From the sequence record SRR22947725_1514: a DNA stretch of 54,056 nucleotides. One strand, given 5' to 3'. Both the position numbers and the translations under genes were made by a program. The notes under the pieces are model-generated. The model did no database searches. It saw only the letters and a list, made by a program, of their open reading frames with translations, and was not told where the DNA came from. Shown here piece by piece: positions 19,630 to 28,438 of the stretch. Position 1 is the first letter of the stretch. Every line of letters starts with the position of its first letter.

Positions 19630-20085
19630 ATGGAAAAACTAAGTTATACATGGGATCAACAATTTAAAGATACAGAGGTTGTTTGCAGCAAAATTGAAAA
19701 AGATAATTTTATTCCAGACGTCATTGTGGGTATAAGTCGAGGTGGTTTAATTCCAGGAGTAATGATGTCTCACAAGTTAAATGTTCCCTTCAAACCTGTC
19801 CACGCATCAACAAGAGACTTTCCACATTGGGAAAACTATTTACCTAAACCAAAAGACAAAAGTATTTTGATTGTTGATGACATTTGTGACAGTGGTGAAA
19901 CTTTCGAAAAGTTATCTAATTACATCAAGGAAAATATTAATCATGAATGTGACGTAAGGTTTATGTCACTTTGGTGGAATAATGAAAGTGATTTTGAACC
20001 ACATTACTTTGTTAACGAAGTTGCCAAGTTTTCTAATCCCGTTTGGATAGAATTTGCTCACGAAAATTGGTGGATGGAAATTTAA
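19630..20085 (+). CDS. Purine (xanthine/guanine/hypoxanthine) phosphoribosyltransferase-like protein
   Basis: Gpt-like YTW, VGISRGGLIP, LIVDDICDSGET, WIEF..E. Start uncertain (19594 or 19630). Confidence 0.8.
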   Translation: MEKLSYTWDQQFKDTEVVCSKIEKDNFIPDVIVGISRGGLIPGVMMSHKLNVPFKPVHASTRDFPHWENYLPKPKDKSILIVDDICDSGETFEKLSNYIKENINHECDVRFMSLWWNNESDFEPHYFVNEVAKFSNPVWIEFAHENWWMEI

Positions 20086-20498
20086 CTATTTGTAAGCTTT
20101 GATGCATAGTCCTTTATCATCTTCAACATATTGAAAGCACCATTCCTTCTCGCTGGGCTTAGAATTACACCCAATTCGAATTCTTCCATTAAGTCAATTT
20201 CAGAACTCAAAATATCTTCCGGTGTTTCATCTGAGTAAATCGAAGCAATTAAAGTTACAAGACCTTTTGCAATTAAGGCATCTGAGTCACTCATGAAATA
20301 CACTTTATCTTCTTTTTTTTCAGGAATAAGCCAAACTTGACTCTGGCAACCACTCACTTTAAAGTTATCGTTTCTTAATGCCTCAGGAAAATCAGTATTA
20401 TCTTTAGCTTGTTCAATCAAGTACTGATATTTTTCTTGAGCATTGGGAAATACATCTAAGATTTTTTTATACTCTTGTACTTTTGAATCAATTGGCAT
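20082..20498 (-). CDS. sufE: SufE sulfur acceptor
   Basis: KVSGCQSQVWL, DSDALIAKGL, LSPARRNG. Confidence 0.93.
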   Translation of the reverse strand: MPIDSKVQEYKKILDVFPNAQEKYQYLIEQAKDNTDFPEALRNDNFKVSGCQSQVWLIPEKKEDKVYFMSDSDALIAKGLVTLIASIYSDETPEDILSSEIDLMEEFELGVILSPARRNGAFNMLKMIKDYASKLTNS

Positions 20499-20500
20499 AA

Positions 20501-21724
20501 TTAACCCAGCATCTGAATGCTGTTAACAAGCGCATCTTTGAAAACATCAAGATCATTTTCGTCGTTATAGATATAGGCAGTGGCTCTAAAAGTAGCATCA
20601 ATCCCTAATTTGCGATGAAAAGGTTGAACGCAGTGATGACCAGCTCTTACAGCAACACCATAAGTATCAAGCATTAGGGAGATATCTGTGGCATGTATGT
20701 TATCAACATGCATGCTGAAGGTACAACCAGCAAATTCTTCATTTGTATGTATAACATTAACTCTATCTAAATCTGAAAAAATTTTCTGAGCATACTTTCT
20801 GAGGTGATCTGAATGATCTGAAACTTTTTCCATCGTAATATTTTCTAAATAGTCAATTGCAGCGCCTAGGCCAATAGCTTCTACATAAGGAGGTGTTCCA
20901 GCTTCAAACTTATGCGGAACGGGTGCCCATGTGGCTCTATCATAATAGACTTCTTCGATCATATCCCCACCACCTGATACCGGATCAAGTTCGTTCAGTA
21001 ATTCTAATCTTCCCCAAACAACGCCAATTCCAGTCGGGCCAAGAAGTTTGTGTCCAGAGAATACAATAAAATCAATCCCAAGATCTTGCACGTCAACTTT
21101 TCTATGAGGAACTAACTGAGCTCCATCAAGTATGAATATTGCATCGCTATTTTCTTTAACTAAGTTACGTATCATTTTTATGTCAGGAAGCAATCCAGAT
21201 AAATTAGATTCACCAGTAATTGAAACAATTTTTGTTTTGCTAGAAATCTTGCTCTTAAGATCATCCATATCAATACTAAAGTCGTCATTAATAGTTATGT
21301 ATTTTATCTCCAACTGATATTGTTTTGCAACCATTTGCCAGGGGATTATGTTTGCATGATGCTCAATTTCTGTGAGCAAAATCTCATCTCCAGGATGGAG
21401 ATATTTTTTTACTATTGAGTTTGCAAGAAAATTAAATCCTTCAGTGGCACCTTTTGTGAAAATAATCTCATCTGAGTGATAAGCATTCAGAAAATTTTTA
21501 CATTTTTTTCTAACATCCTCGTAAAGCTGTGTAGTTTCTGCAGATAATACATATGTACCTCTATGAACATTCGCATTTGTATTTATGTACACATTATTCA
21601 TGGAATCAATTACTGATTGAGGCTTTTGTGAAGTTGCACCAGAGTCAAGATAAGTTAGTTTTTTAGTATTTACTTCACGAGCAAAAATTGGAAAATCTTT
21701 TTTTATATTTTCAAATTTTTTCAT
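20501..21724 (-). CDS. sufS: Cysteine desulfurase SufS
   Basis: YLDSGATSQKP, NVHRG, EHHAN, FSGHK, FEAGTP, RAGHHC. Confidence 0.96.
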   Translation of the reverse strand: MKKFENIKKDFPIFAREVNTKKLTYLDSGATSQKPQSVIDSMNNVYINTNANVHRGTYVLSAETTQLYEDVRKKCKNFLNAYHSDEIIFTKGATEGFNFLANSIVKKYLHPGDEILLTEIEHHANIIPWQMVAKQYQLEIKYITINDDFSIDMDDLKSKISSKTKIVSITGESNLSGLLPDIKMIRNLVKENSDAIFILDGAQLVPHRKVDVQDLGIDFIVFSGHKLLGPTGIGVVWGRLELLNELDPVSGGGDMIEEVYYDRATWAPVPHKFEAGTPPYVEAIGLGAAIDYLENITMEKVSDHSDHLRKYAQKIFSDLDRVNVIHTNEEFAGCTFSMHVDNIHATDISLMLDTYGVAVRAGHHCVQPFHRKLGIDATFRATAYIYNDENDLDVFKDALVNSIQMLG

Positions 21725-22446
21725 AAATAAGATTCGTATCCTTCTTTTTCTAGTTTATCAGACAATTCTTTACCACCAGTTTCAACAATTTTTCCATCAA
21801 CAAAAACATGTACAAAGTCCGGTGTTATGTACTCAAGCAATCTTTGATAATGGGTGACTACAAGATAGCCTCTTTCAGGAGTTCTTAGTTTGCTGATACC
21901 TTCACCAACAATTCGTAGCCCATCAACATCAAGCCCTGAATCAGTTTCATCTAGAATTGCTAATGTAGGATTTAATACTGCAAGTTGAAGAATTTCATTT
22001 CGCTTTCTTTCTCCCCCTGAAAAACCCTCATTCAAGTATCTGTCTACAAAATCAGGGGACAATCCGAGATCTTTCATAGCATCAGCTACTTTTAATCTAA
22101 GTTCTAGGGTTGAATATTCAGTATTTTCTATGTTGGTAAGTGCAGTTTTTAGCATGTTTACTATTGTTACGCCGGGTATTGATTCGGGATATTGAAATGC
22201 TAAAAACATACCCTCCTTAGCCCTATTATCAACTGGTTCCTCTGTGATATCTTTACCATTGAACATGATGGTTCCATCAGTAACTTCATAAACCGGGTTA
22301 CCCATTAAAACATTTGATAGGGTAGATTTACCAGAACCATTTGGGCCCATTATTGCATGGACCTCTCCAGGATTTATCTCTAAATTTATTCCTTTTAAAA
22401 TAGGTGTATCTTCGACGTTTGCATGTAAGTTTGTAATTTTTAACAT
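21721..22446 (-). CDS. sufC: Fe-S assembly ATPase SufC, copy 2 (canonical)
   Basis: GPNGSGKSTL, FLAFQYP, NEGFSGGERKRNE, DETDSGLD, THYQRLL. Start at ATG 22446, with TAAGAT 7 nt upstream. Confidence 0.95.
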   Translation of the reverse strand: MLKITNLHANVEDTPILKGINLEINPGEVHAIMGPNGSGKSTLSNVLMGNPVYEVTDGTIMFNGKDITEEPVDNRAKEGMFLAFQYPESIPGVTIVNMLKTALTNIENTEYSTLELRLKVADAMKDLGLSPDFVDRYLNEGFSGGERKRNEILQLAVLNPTLAILDETDSGLDVDGLRIVGEGISKLRTPERGYLVVTHYQRLLEYITPDFVHVFVDGKIVETGGKELSDKLEKEGYESYL

Positions 22447-22522
22447 ATATACCATCTTAATAATTAATAAAAACAAACAAGATTTCAATACGTAAAATAA
22501 AAAATAAAATTAGACTAAGAAA

Positions 22523-23644
22523 ATGCAATTTATACTTACAGACTTACAAAAAGAAATTAAAGAGAATGCTGAAAAACTACTTTCAGAACAAATAGATCTT
22601 TTAGAGACTATAAAAAAAGTTGATGAAGATATCAGGATTGATTCTGATCTTTGGAAATTAGTAAATGAGCAAGGTTGGCTTGCTTTAGATGTACCAGAAG
22701 AGGATGGAGGATTAGGATTCTCTTCAGTGGAAGCTTCTATACTTTCTGAAGTTTCTGGTTACTATCTTCCTATAGTTCCACTTTTTAGTTCGGGTGTTGT
22801 GTTTAAACACCTACTTTTAAACTCAGCCCCAGAAATAAAAAATAATCTCCTTCCTGGAGTAATTTCCGGCGAGAAGATAGGAACTTTTGGTATTTATGAA
22901 AATGACAAATATGATATTAACACAGAAAGTATACAGACAAATCTGACTTCTTCAGATGCTGGAACGCTACTTAATGGAACAAAAAAATATGTAATGTTTG
23001 GTGATTCCTCCGACTTTATCGCAGTATTAGCTAAGCATGATGCAGTTTTTAAATTTGTACTCGTTAAAACAGATGAAGAAGGTGTTAGTGTTACAAAAAC
23101 TCCATCACTTGATCAAACCAGGCCTTTAGCGGAAGTTTCATTTTCAAATGTAAATGTTAAAAATGAAAACATAATGATTGAACTTGATGAAGAACTTACT
23201 GTCTGGAAAAGGGTTCAGAATATATCAACAGCATTCCTTTCTTTGGAACAAGTCGGAGGATCACAAGCATGTTTAGATATGTCTACAAGTTACGCTAAGG
23301 AGAGAATTCAATTCGGAAGACCTATTGGATCTTTTCAGGCTATTCAGCATATTTGTGCAAATATGTTGTTACAAATTGAAAGTGCAAAATCCCTTGCATA
23401 TAACTCAGTTAGAGTCGATATGCAGGATCAAACAGAATTGGAAATGAGTGCTCTACTTGCTAAGTCTTACTGTTCAGAAGTTTACAACAAAGTTGCTGGT
23501 GACAATATTCAAGTACATGGGGGCATAGGTTTTACCTGGGAACATCCAGCTCATCTGTACTTCAAGAAAGCAAAATCAGACTCTTTATTATTTGGTTCTT
23601 CAAAGTCAGCAAGATCGAAAATTGCAGAATTAATTAACTTATAA
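22523..23644 (+). CDS. Acyl-CoA dehydrogenase family protein (FadE-like)
   Basis: GWL..VPEEDGGLG, LNGTK, R.QFGRPIGSFQAIQH, QVHGGIGFTWEH; TAGACT-N6-ATG promoter. Confidence 0.92.
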   Translation: MQFILTDLQKEIKENAEKLLSEQIDLLETIKKVDEDIRIDSDLWKLVNEQGWLALDVPEEDGGLGFSSVEASILSEVSGYYLPIVPLFSSGVVFKHLLLNSAPEIKNNLLPGVISGEKIGTFGIYENDKYDINTESIQTNLTSSDAGTLLNGTKKYVMFGDSSDFIAVLAKHDAVFKFVLVKTDEEGVSVTKTPSLDQTRPLAEVSFSNVNVKNENIMIELDEELTVWKRVQNISTAFLSLEQVGGSQACLDMSTSYAKERIQFGRPIGSFQAIQHICANMLLQIESAKSLAYNSVRVDMQDQTELEMSALLAKSYCSEVYNKVAGDNIQVHGGIGFTWEHPAHLYFKKAKSDSLLFGSSKSARSKIAELINL

Positions 23645-23645
23645 A

Positions 23646-23849
23646 TTGGCACGTTTAACAAGGTTTGAAAGTTATAGATTTCTAGGAAATCGATTAAACA
23701 TGAAAGTGTATGACTGTGACAATGAAGAAGAATTCAAAGCTATTGAAATTCTCCAGACAGAAAAAGATTTAATTATGAACAATAAACTACAAGCTTTTTC
23801 ACCTGATTCTTTACAAGAGGCAATGAATAGGGGCTACAAGCCACTCTAA
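23646..23849 (+). CDS. Small hypothetical protein (67 aa)
   Basis: TTG start 1 nt after the upstream stop; exactly fills the gap to the convergent gene; ends F.PDSL.EA.NRGY. Confidence 0.75.
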   Translation: MARLTRFESYRFLGNRLNMKVYDCDNEEEFKAIEILQTEKDLIMNNKLQAFSPDSLQEAMNRGYKPL

Positions 23850-24808
23850 TTAATTAAAGTCCATTTATTAACACCGTTTTTATTATTTTTTTCTACTCTT
23901 CTCTGCGATTTTAATAAATGTAAGTGAGCGAGTGTTTCCTGGAATGCGAGTCTTAAATTTAATGAATCTAAATCTCGTGGAAAAAGTTTATTTGAAATCT
24001 CCCAACCTGTTAAATCTTCATTCTTTAGAAAACCTAGGATTCTTTCTGACCTCCTCTGATGATGTAGTTTCATCTGTTCGATTCTTTTGTGTGGATTAGA
24101 AATTATGTTTCCATGACCAGGTGCAATTATTTCATGATCTAAATGATCTACTTTATCTAAAGAATCTAAAAATTCTTTCAAGAGGTTACTATTTTCATTC
24201 TGCACGGGTATAAAAGGTGTGATTCTTGGAAGAATGTGGTCACCCGAGAATACAATTTTAGTCTTTTCATCATAAAGAGAGATCTCACTGTAATCATGTC
24301 CTGGTGTAAAAACTACATTGAGGTTCCTTTTTATTGACTTGACCCTCCCTTCTGATAATAGAATATCTGGTTTTTCTAATCTTCCAGCATATAGAGGTGT
24401 ACTTATTGATTTTAAATCATCTATGAAAGAGACTGGAGTATATTCATTTTTGGCCATTCTAATTAAATCTTTAAATCTTATAGACCAGTCGTTATATTCG
24501 TCAAGATAATCAATACTATTTTTATATAATGCAAATGGAATATCAAACTCTCGCAGACGCTGAGATAAACCTATATGATCAATATGCATGTGTGTTCCAA
24601 CTAGCAATTTGATATCATTAAAAGTAATTCCAAGTTGATTTAAATGCATTTCGAGAAGTTTTAAATATTCAGAACCATCCACTCCACAATCTATCATCAC
24701 ATAGCCATCATTCTCTTCTAAGAGATAAACATTTACATTACCTGGTGTGCTCCAGGGGAGTTCAAGTGGGATGTGATGAACCCCATTGGGCATTTTAAAA
24801 CTATTCAC
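23846..24808 (-). CDS. Metallo-beta-lactamase-fold hydrolase, probably with a C-terminal winged helix
   Basis: THMHIDH, TPGH, SGDH, PGHG, ETLAHL. Confidence 0.9.
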   Translation of the reverse strand: MNSFKMPNGVHHIPLELPWSTPGNVNVYLLEENDGYVMIDCGVDGSEYLKLLEMHLNQLGITFNDIKLLVGTHMHIDHIGLSQRLREFDIPFALYKNSIDYLDEYNDWSIRFKDLIRMAKNEYTPVSFIDDLKSISTPLYAGRLEKPDILLSEGRVKSIKRNLNVVFTPGHDYSEISLYDEKTKIVFSGDHILPRITPFIPVQNENSNLLKEFLDSLDKVDHLDHEIIAPGHGNIISNPHKRIEQMKLHHQRRSERILGFLKNEDLTGWEISNKLFPRDLDSLNLRLAFQETLAHLHLLKSQRRVEKNNKNGVNKWTLIN

Positions 24809-24809
24809 A

Positions 24810-24896
24810 TTAATTTGTTATCAGCCAAACTCCAAAAGAGACAAGAATTAACAATCCAGTTAATAAAGAGGAAAGGATTAAAAATCTTGTCTGCAT
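24810..24896 (-). CDS. Unannotated 28-aa single-TM small protein
   Basis: MQTRFLILSSLLTGLLILVSFGVWLITN*. TAAAAT-N6-ATG promoter at 24903-24908; stop 1 nt before the GTG of the hydrolase. Confidence 0.7.
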   Translation of the reverse strand: MQTRFLILSSLLTGLLILVSFGVWLITN

Positions 24897-24970
24897 AGCT
24901 ACATTTTAGACAATTAATGAAGTATCTTGAGTTGGTAAATACTTTCTTTTTTAGTAGATTTAATAGTGAC

Positions 24971-25056
24971 AATAACTTTGACTACTTTTAAAGGAGACCC
25001 CTTTTTAAAAGTACAGTTATTATCTCGATTGGATAGCAACCCTATCCAGAAAGAGG
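24971..25056 (+). promoter_or_regulatory. Structured 5' leader of the lpd operon (two hairpins)
   Basis: AATAACT/AGTTATT plus TACTTTTAAA/TTTAAAAGTA stem, then a TGGATAG/CTATCCA stem adjacent to SD GAGGT. Confidence 0.55.
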
Positions 25057-25060
25057 TAAT

Positions 25061-26428
25061 TTGAAAAAATTAACCATTATTGGCGGTGGCCCAGCTGGAT
25101 ATGCAGCTGCGCTTTATGCAAACAACTTTGATCTAGATGTAACAATTATCGAGTCTGACGTACTTGGAGGTACTTGTCTAAACAGGGGATGTATACCTGC
25201 AAAATACTGGCTACACCTTGCTGAACTAAATCATGAAATAAATAATGCATCTGATTTTGGAATACAAGTTAAAACCTCAGAAATAGATTGGAAAAAAGCT
25301 TCCACTAAAAGACAAGATATTGTATCAAAATTAGTTGGCGGGATTGGCATGTTGCTTAAAAGTAAAAAAGTAAATGTTGTTAATGGATGGGGGAAGATAA
25401 AAAATGAAAACTCGGTTCTCGTCAAAAAAGAAGATGGTTCAGAAGAATTAATTCAGACTGATTACATACTTCTTGCTACAGGTTCCAAACCAAGAGAATT
25501 AGCTAGTCTAAAGTATGATAACGAATTTATAATCAATTCTGATTCAGCACTCAATTGGGAAAAACCTCCTTCAAAAGTATGTGTAGTTGGTGCAGGTGCA
25601 ATAGGTTGTGAGTTTGCAAGCCTGTTAACTGACCTTGGCTCCACTGTCACAGTGGTAGAATTGGAAAAAGAAATACTTCCAGGTCTTGATAAAAGAACAT
25701 CAGGTGAATTAAGAAAACAATTAACAAAAAGAGGCGTTATCTTCAAAATGGGTACGTCAATAGACTCTGTTAAAGATAAAGAAATAATATTTTCTGATGG
25801 TGAAAAAGAAACATTCGACACAGTTTTAGTTGCGATTGGAAGAAGTCCTTTGACTGAAAACATTGGGTTAGAAGATATTTCTGTAACAACTACAAATGGC
25901 TATATAGATGTCAATCTTGAAACTATGCAGGTAAATGGCAAAGAAAATATTTTTGCTGCCGGGGATATTATCAGTAATGCTCCTCAGTTAGCGCATGTTG
26001 CTTTTGCTGAAGCTATGTCTGCAGTTTCTTATATCGCAACTGGAGTTGCAAGTCCAATTAACTATTCTGCAATACCCTATGTTGTATACACAAACCCAGA
26101 ATTAGCTGAAGTAGGTTTAAATTCCGATAAAGCAAAGCTAAAGGAAATTGAAGTTGATCAAGCACAACATTCCTTTGCTGGAATCGGAAGAGCCATGATT
26201 CAGAACAGTAACCAGGGTTTAGTAAAAGTTTATGCAGAGAAAAACGGACCTATAGTTGGTGCAAGCATTTGCGGTCCAAGTGCTGGAGAAATGATTCATG
26301 AACTAATGTATATGGTAGGTTGGGAAGCTCTGCCTGCTGAAGCTGCAGAATTTATACATGCTCATCCGACACTAAGCGAAGCAGTCGGGGAGTCATTATT
26401 GTCATTAAATGGAAAGGGGCTTCACTAG
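25061..26428 (+). CDS. lpdA: Dihydrolipoamide dehydrogenase (E3)
   Basis: GGGPAGY, GGTCLNRGCIP, GAGAIG.E, HAHPTLSE. Confidence 0.96.
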   Translation: MKKLTIIGGGPAGYAAALYANNFDLDVTIIESDVLGGTCLNRGCIPAKYWLHLAELNHEINNASDFGIQVKTSEIDWKKASTKRQDIVSKLVGGIGMLLKSKKVNVVNGWGKIKNENSVLVKKEDGSEELIQTDYILLATGSKPRELASLKYDNEFIINSDSALNWEKPPSKVCVVGAGAIGCEFASLLTDLGSTVTVVELEKEILPGLDKRTSGELRKQLTKRGVIFKMGTSIDSVKDKEIIFSDGEKETFDTVLVAIGRSPLTENIGLEDISVTTTNGYIDVNLETMQVNGKENIFAAGDIISNAPQLAHVAFAEAMSAVSYIATGVASPINYSAIPYVVYTNPELAEVGLNSDKAKLKEIEVDQAQHSFAGIGRAMIQNSNQGLVKVYAEKNGPIVGASICGPSAGEMIHELMYMVGWEALPAEAAEFIHAHPTLSEAVGESLLSLNGKGLH

Positions 26429-28434
26429 TGGAAGTAAAGAAAATAGAACGAGTAGGACATTCAGCAACTTTGACTAAAGACGAATTGTGGGATATATACA
26501 AGTCAATGAAAACTCAAAGAATTCTAGAAGACAGGCTTCTAAAAATGTATAAAGGAGGCCAACTTTCAGGAGCAGTTTATCCAGGTATAGGTCAGGAGGC
26601 TTCAATGGCTGGCATCGGTGCCGGCATGGAGAGTCAAGATGTGTTTGGAGGAACACACAGAGATCTTGGTGTGCAGATTAAACGGGGAGTAACGCTCAAA
26701 GAAATTGCATTAAATTTTTATGGTAAAAAGGATGGTCCATCAAAAGGTAGAGATGGCAATAGTCACTTTGGAGTGGTTGACAAGGGAACATTGATGGTTG
26801 TTTCCCCGTTACCAGATTCTGCTCCAGTTGCTGTCGGTGTTGCGCTTACTGCCCAGTTTGAAAAAAATAATGTAGTCGCGGTTGCAAATTGTGGTGAAGG
26901 AGCAACTGCAACAGGAACATGGCATGAAAGTATTAACATGGCAGGTGTTCACAATCTACCAATTATTTTTACTGTACAAAATAATCAGTTTGCTTATTCT
27001 TCTCCAAATGAAACAGAGTTTGGAACACCTAATGTAGCCGATAGGGGACTTGGCTATGGGATAGAGTCAGTAATTATCGATGGAAATAATATTTATGAAG
27101 TTATAAATACAATGCATAAAGCTCGTGAAAAAGCTAACTCTGGAAATGGTCCTACTTTAATAGAACTCGTAACTTTTAGACACTATGGCCATGCTGGTCA
27201 TGATCCTGCTGAATATGTTGGTGATGAGGTCCGAGAGTTTTGGATGGATAGAGATCCGATTACTAGATTTGAAGATTCTTTAATCAGAGAAACTCTTTTC
27301 ACAGAGAAAGATTTTACTGCACTTGCAGAAGAAATTGACACAGAAGTTAGAGAAACATTGGAGTGGGCAAAAAACCAAGCAGACCCAAATCCAGATGAAG
27401 AAATATTAGAGATATTCCAAGAGAGAAAGACCCCTGTCTCTAAAAATGATGGTTCAAATACAAAAACTATGAATTTCATAGAAGCCATCACAAATGGGCT
27501 GGATGAAGCTATGGAAAATAACTCAGATGTATTCATGATGGGTGAAGATATAGGGGCATTTGAAGGAGCTTTCAAAGCAACTAAAGGACTTCATGAAAAA
27601 TATGGTTCAAATAGAGTATTAGACACACCTATCTCTGAAGGTGCATTTATGGGAGCAGCTGTAGGTGCTGCTTTATATGGAAAGATACCAATAGTTGAAC
27701 TTCAATTTTTTGATTTTGTTTATCCCGCTCTTGATCAGATCACGACTGAAGCTGCAAAATATTACTGGAAAGCTGGAAAACCTGTCCCTATTGTCGTACG
27801 GGGACCTACAGGCGCAGGAACAAGGTCTGGACCTTTTCACTCAATTAGTCCGGAGTCTCTTTTAGCACATCATCCGGGTATTAAAGTAGTTGCACCAGCA
27901 AACCCTTATGATGCCAAAGGATTATTGATTGCTTCAATCAACGATCCCAATCCTGTTATGTTTTTGGAACATAAAAAACTTTATAGAAAACCTGACTTAA
28001 AAATGGAAGTACCTGTCGGCTTGTATGAGGTTGAAATCGGTAAGGCAAATATTGTAAAAGAAGGTTCTGATGTCACTTTAGTTGCTTGGTCAGGAATGGT
28101 TCCAACCGCTCTTGAAGCAGCTACAACTTTAAATGATGAAGGTGTTTCTGTTGAGGTCATTGACTTAAGGAGTATTTTTCCAATAGATGAAGAAACAATT
28201 TTAAAATCTGTAGAAAAAACTTCAAACTTAGTAATTCTTCAAGAAGATGTTCCCTTTTCATCAATAGCATCTGAAATCTCGTCTTTTGTTGCAGATAAAG
28301 GTTTTTGGACTTTGGATAACCCTATTGTTAAAGTTACTGCGCCAAATACTCATATACCATTTGCTCCTGTACTAGAAGACAGTTTTATTCCTAGTGCTGA
28401 AAATGTTGTAAAAGCTATCAAAGAATTACAATAG
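26428..28434 (+). CDS. 2-oxoacid dehydrogenase E1, fused alpha+beta (branched-chain or pyruvate type)
   Basis: Alpha: GQEA, GEGAT..G.WHE..N, NNQFA, R..GH. Beta: GEDIG, DTPISE, HS.SPE, EHK.LY, DLRS. Confidence 0.92.
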   Translation: MEVKKIERVGHSATLTKDELWDIYKSMKTQRILEDRLLKMYKGGQLSGAVYPGIGQEASMAGIGAGMESQDVFGGTHRDLGVQIKRGVTLKEIALNFYGKKDGPSKGRDGNSHFGVVDKGTLMVVSPLPDSAPVAVGVALTAQFEKNNVVAVANCGEGATATGTWHESINMAGVHNLPIIFTVQNNQFAYSSPNETEFGTPNVADRGLGYGIESVIIDGNNIYEVINTMHKAREKANSGNGPTLIELVTFRHYGHAGHDPAEYVGDEVREFWMDRDPITRFEDSLIRETLFTEKDFTALAEEIDTEVRETLEWAKNQADPNPDEEILEIFQERKTPVSKNDGSNTKTMNFIEAITNGLDEAMENNSDVFMMGEDIGAFEGAFKATKGLHEKYGSNRVLDTPISEGAFMGAAVGAALYGKIPIVELQFFDFVYPALDQITTEAAKYYWKAGKPVPIVVRGPTGAGTRSGPFHSISPESLLAHHPGIKVVAPANPYDAKGLLIASINDPNPVMFLEHKKLYRKPDLKMEVPVGLYEVEIGKANIVKEGSDVTLVAWSGMVPTALEAATTLNDEGVSVEVIDLRSIFPIDEETILKSVEKTSNLVILQEDVPFSSIASEISSFVADKGFWTLDNPIVKVTAPNTHIPFAPVLEDSFIPSAENVVKAIKELQ

Positions 28435-28438
28435 AATA

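Noticed and set aside
24971-25056. Glycine or TPP riboswitch identity for the lpd leader
   Set aside because: It lacks the glycine CCGAAG/CUCUCAGG and TPP CUGAGA cores; kept only as an unnamed structured leader.
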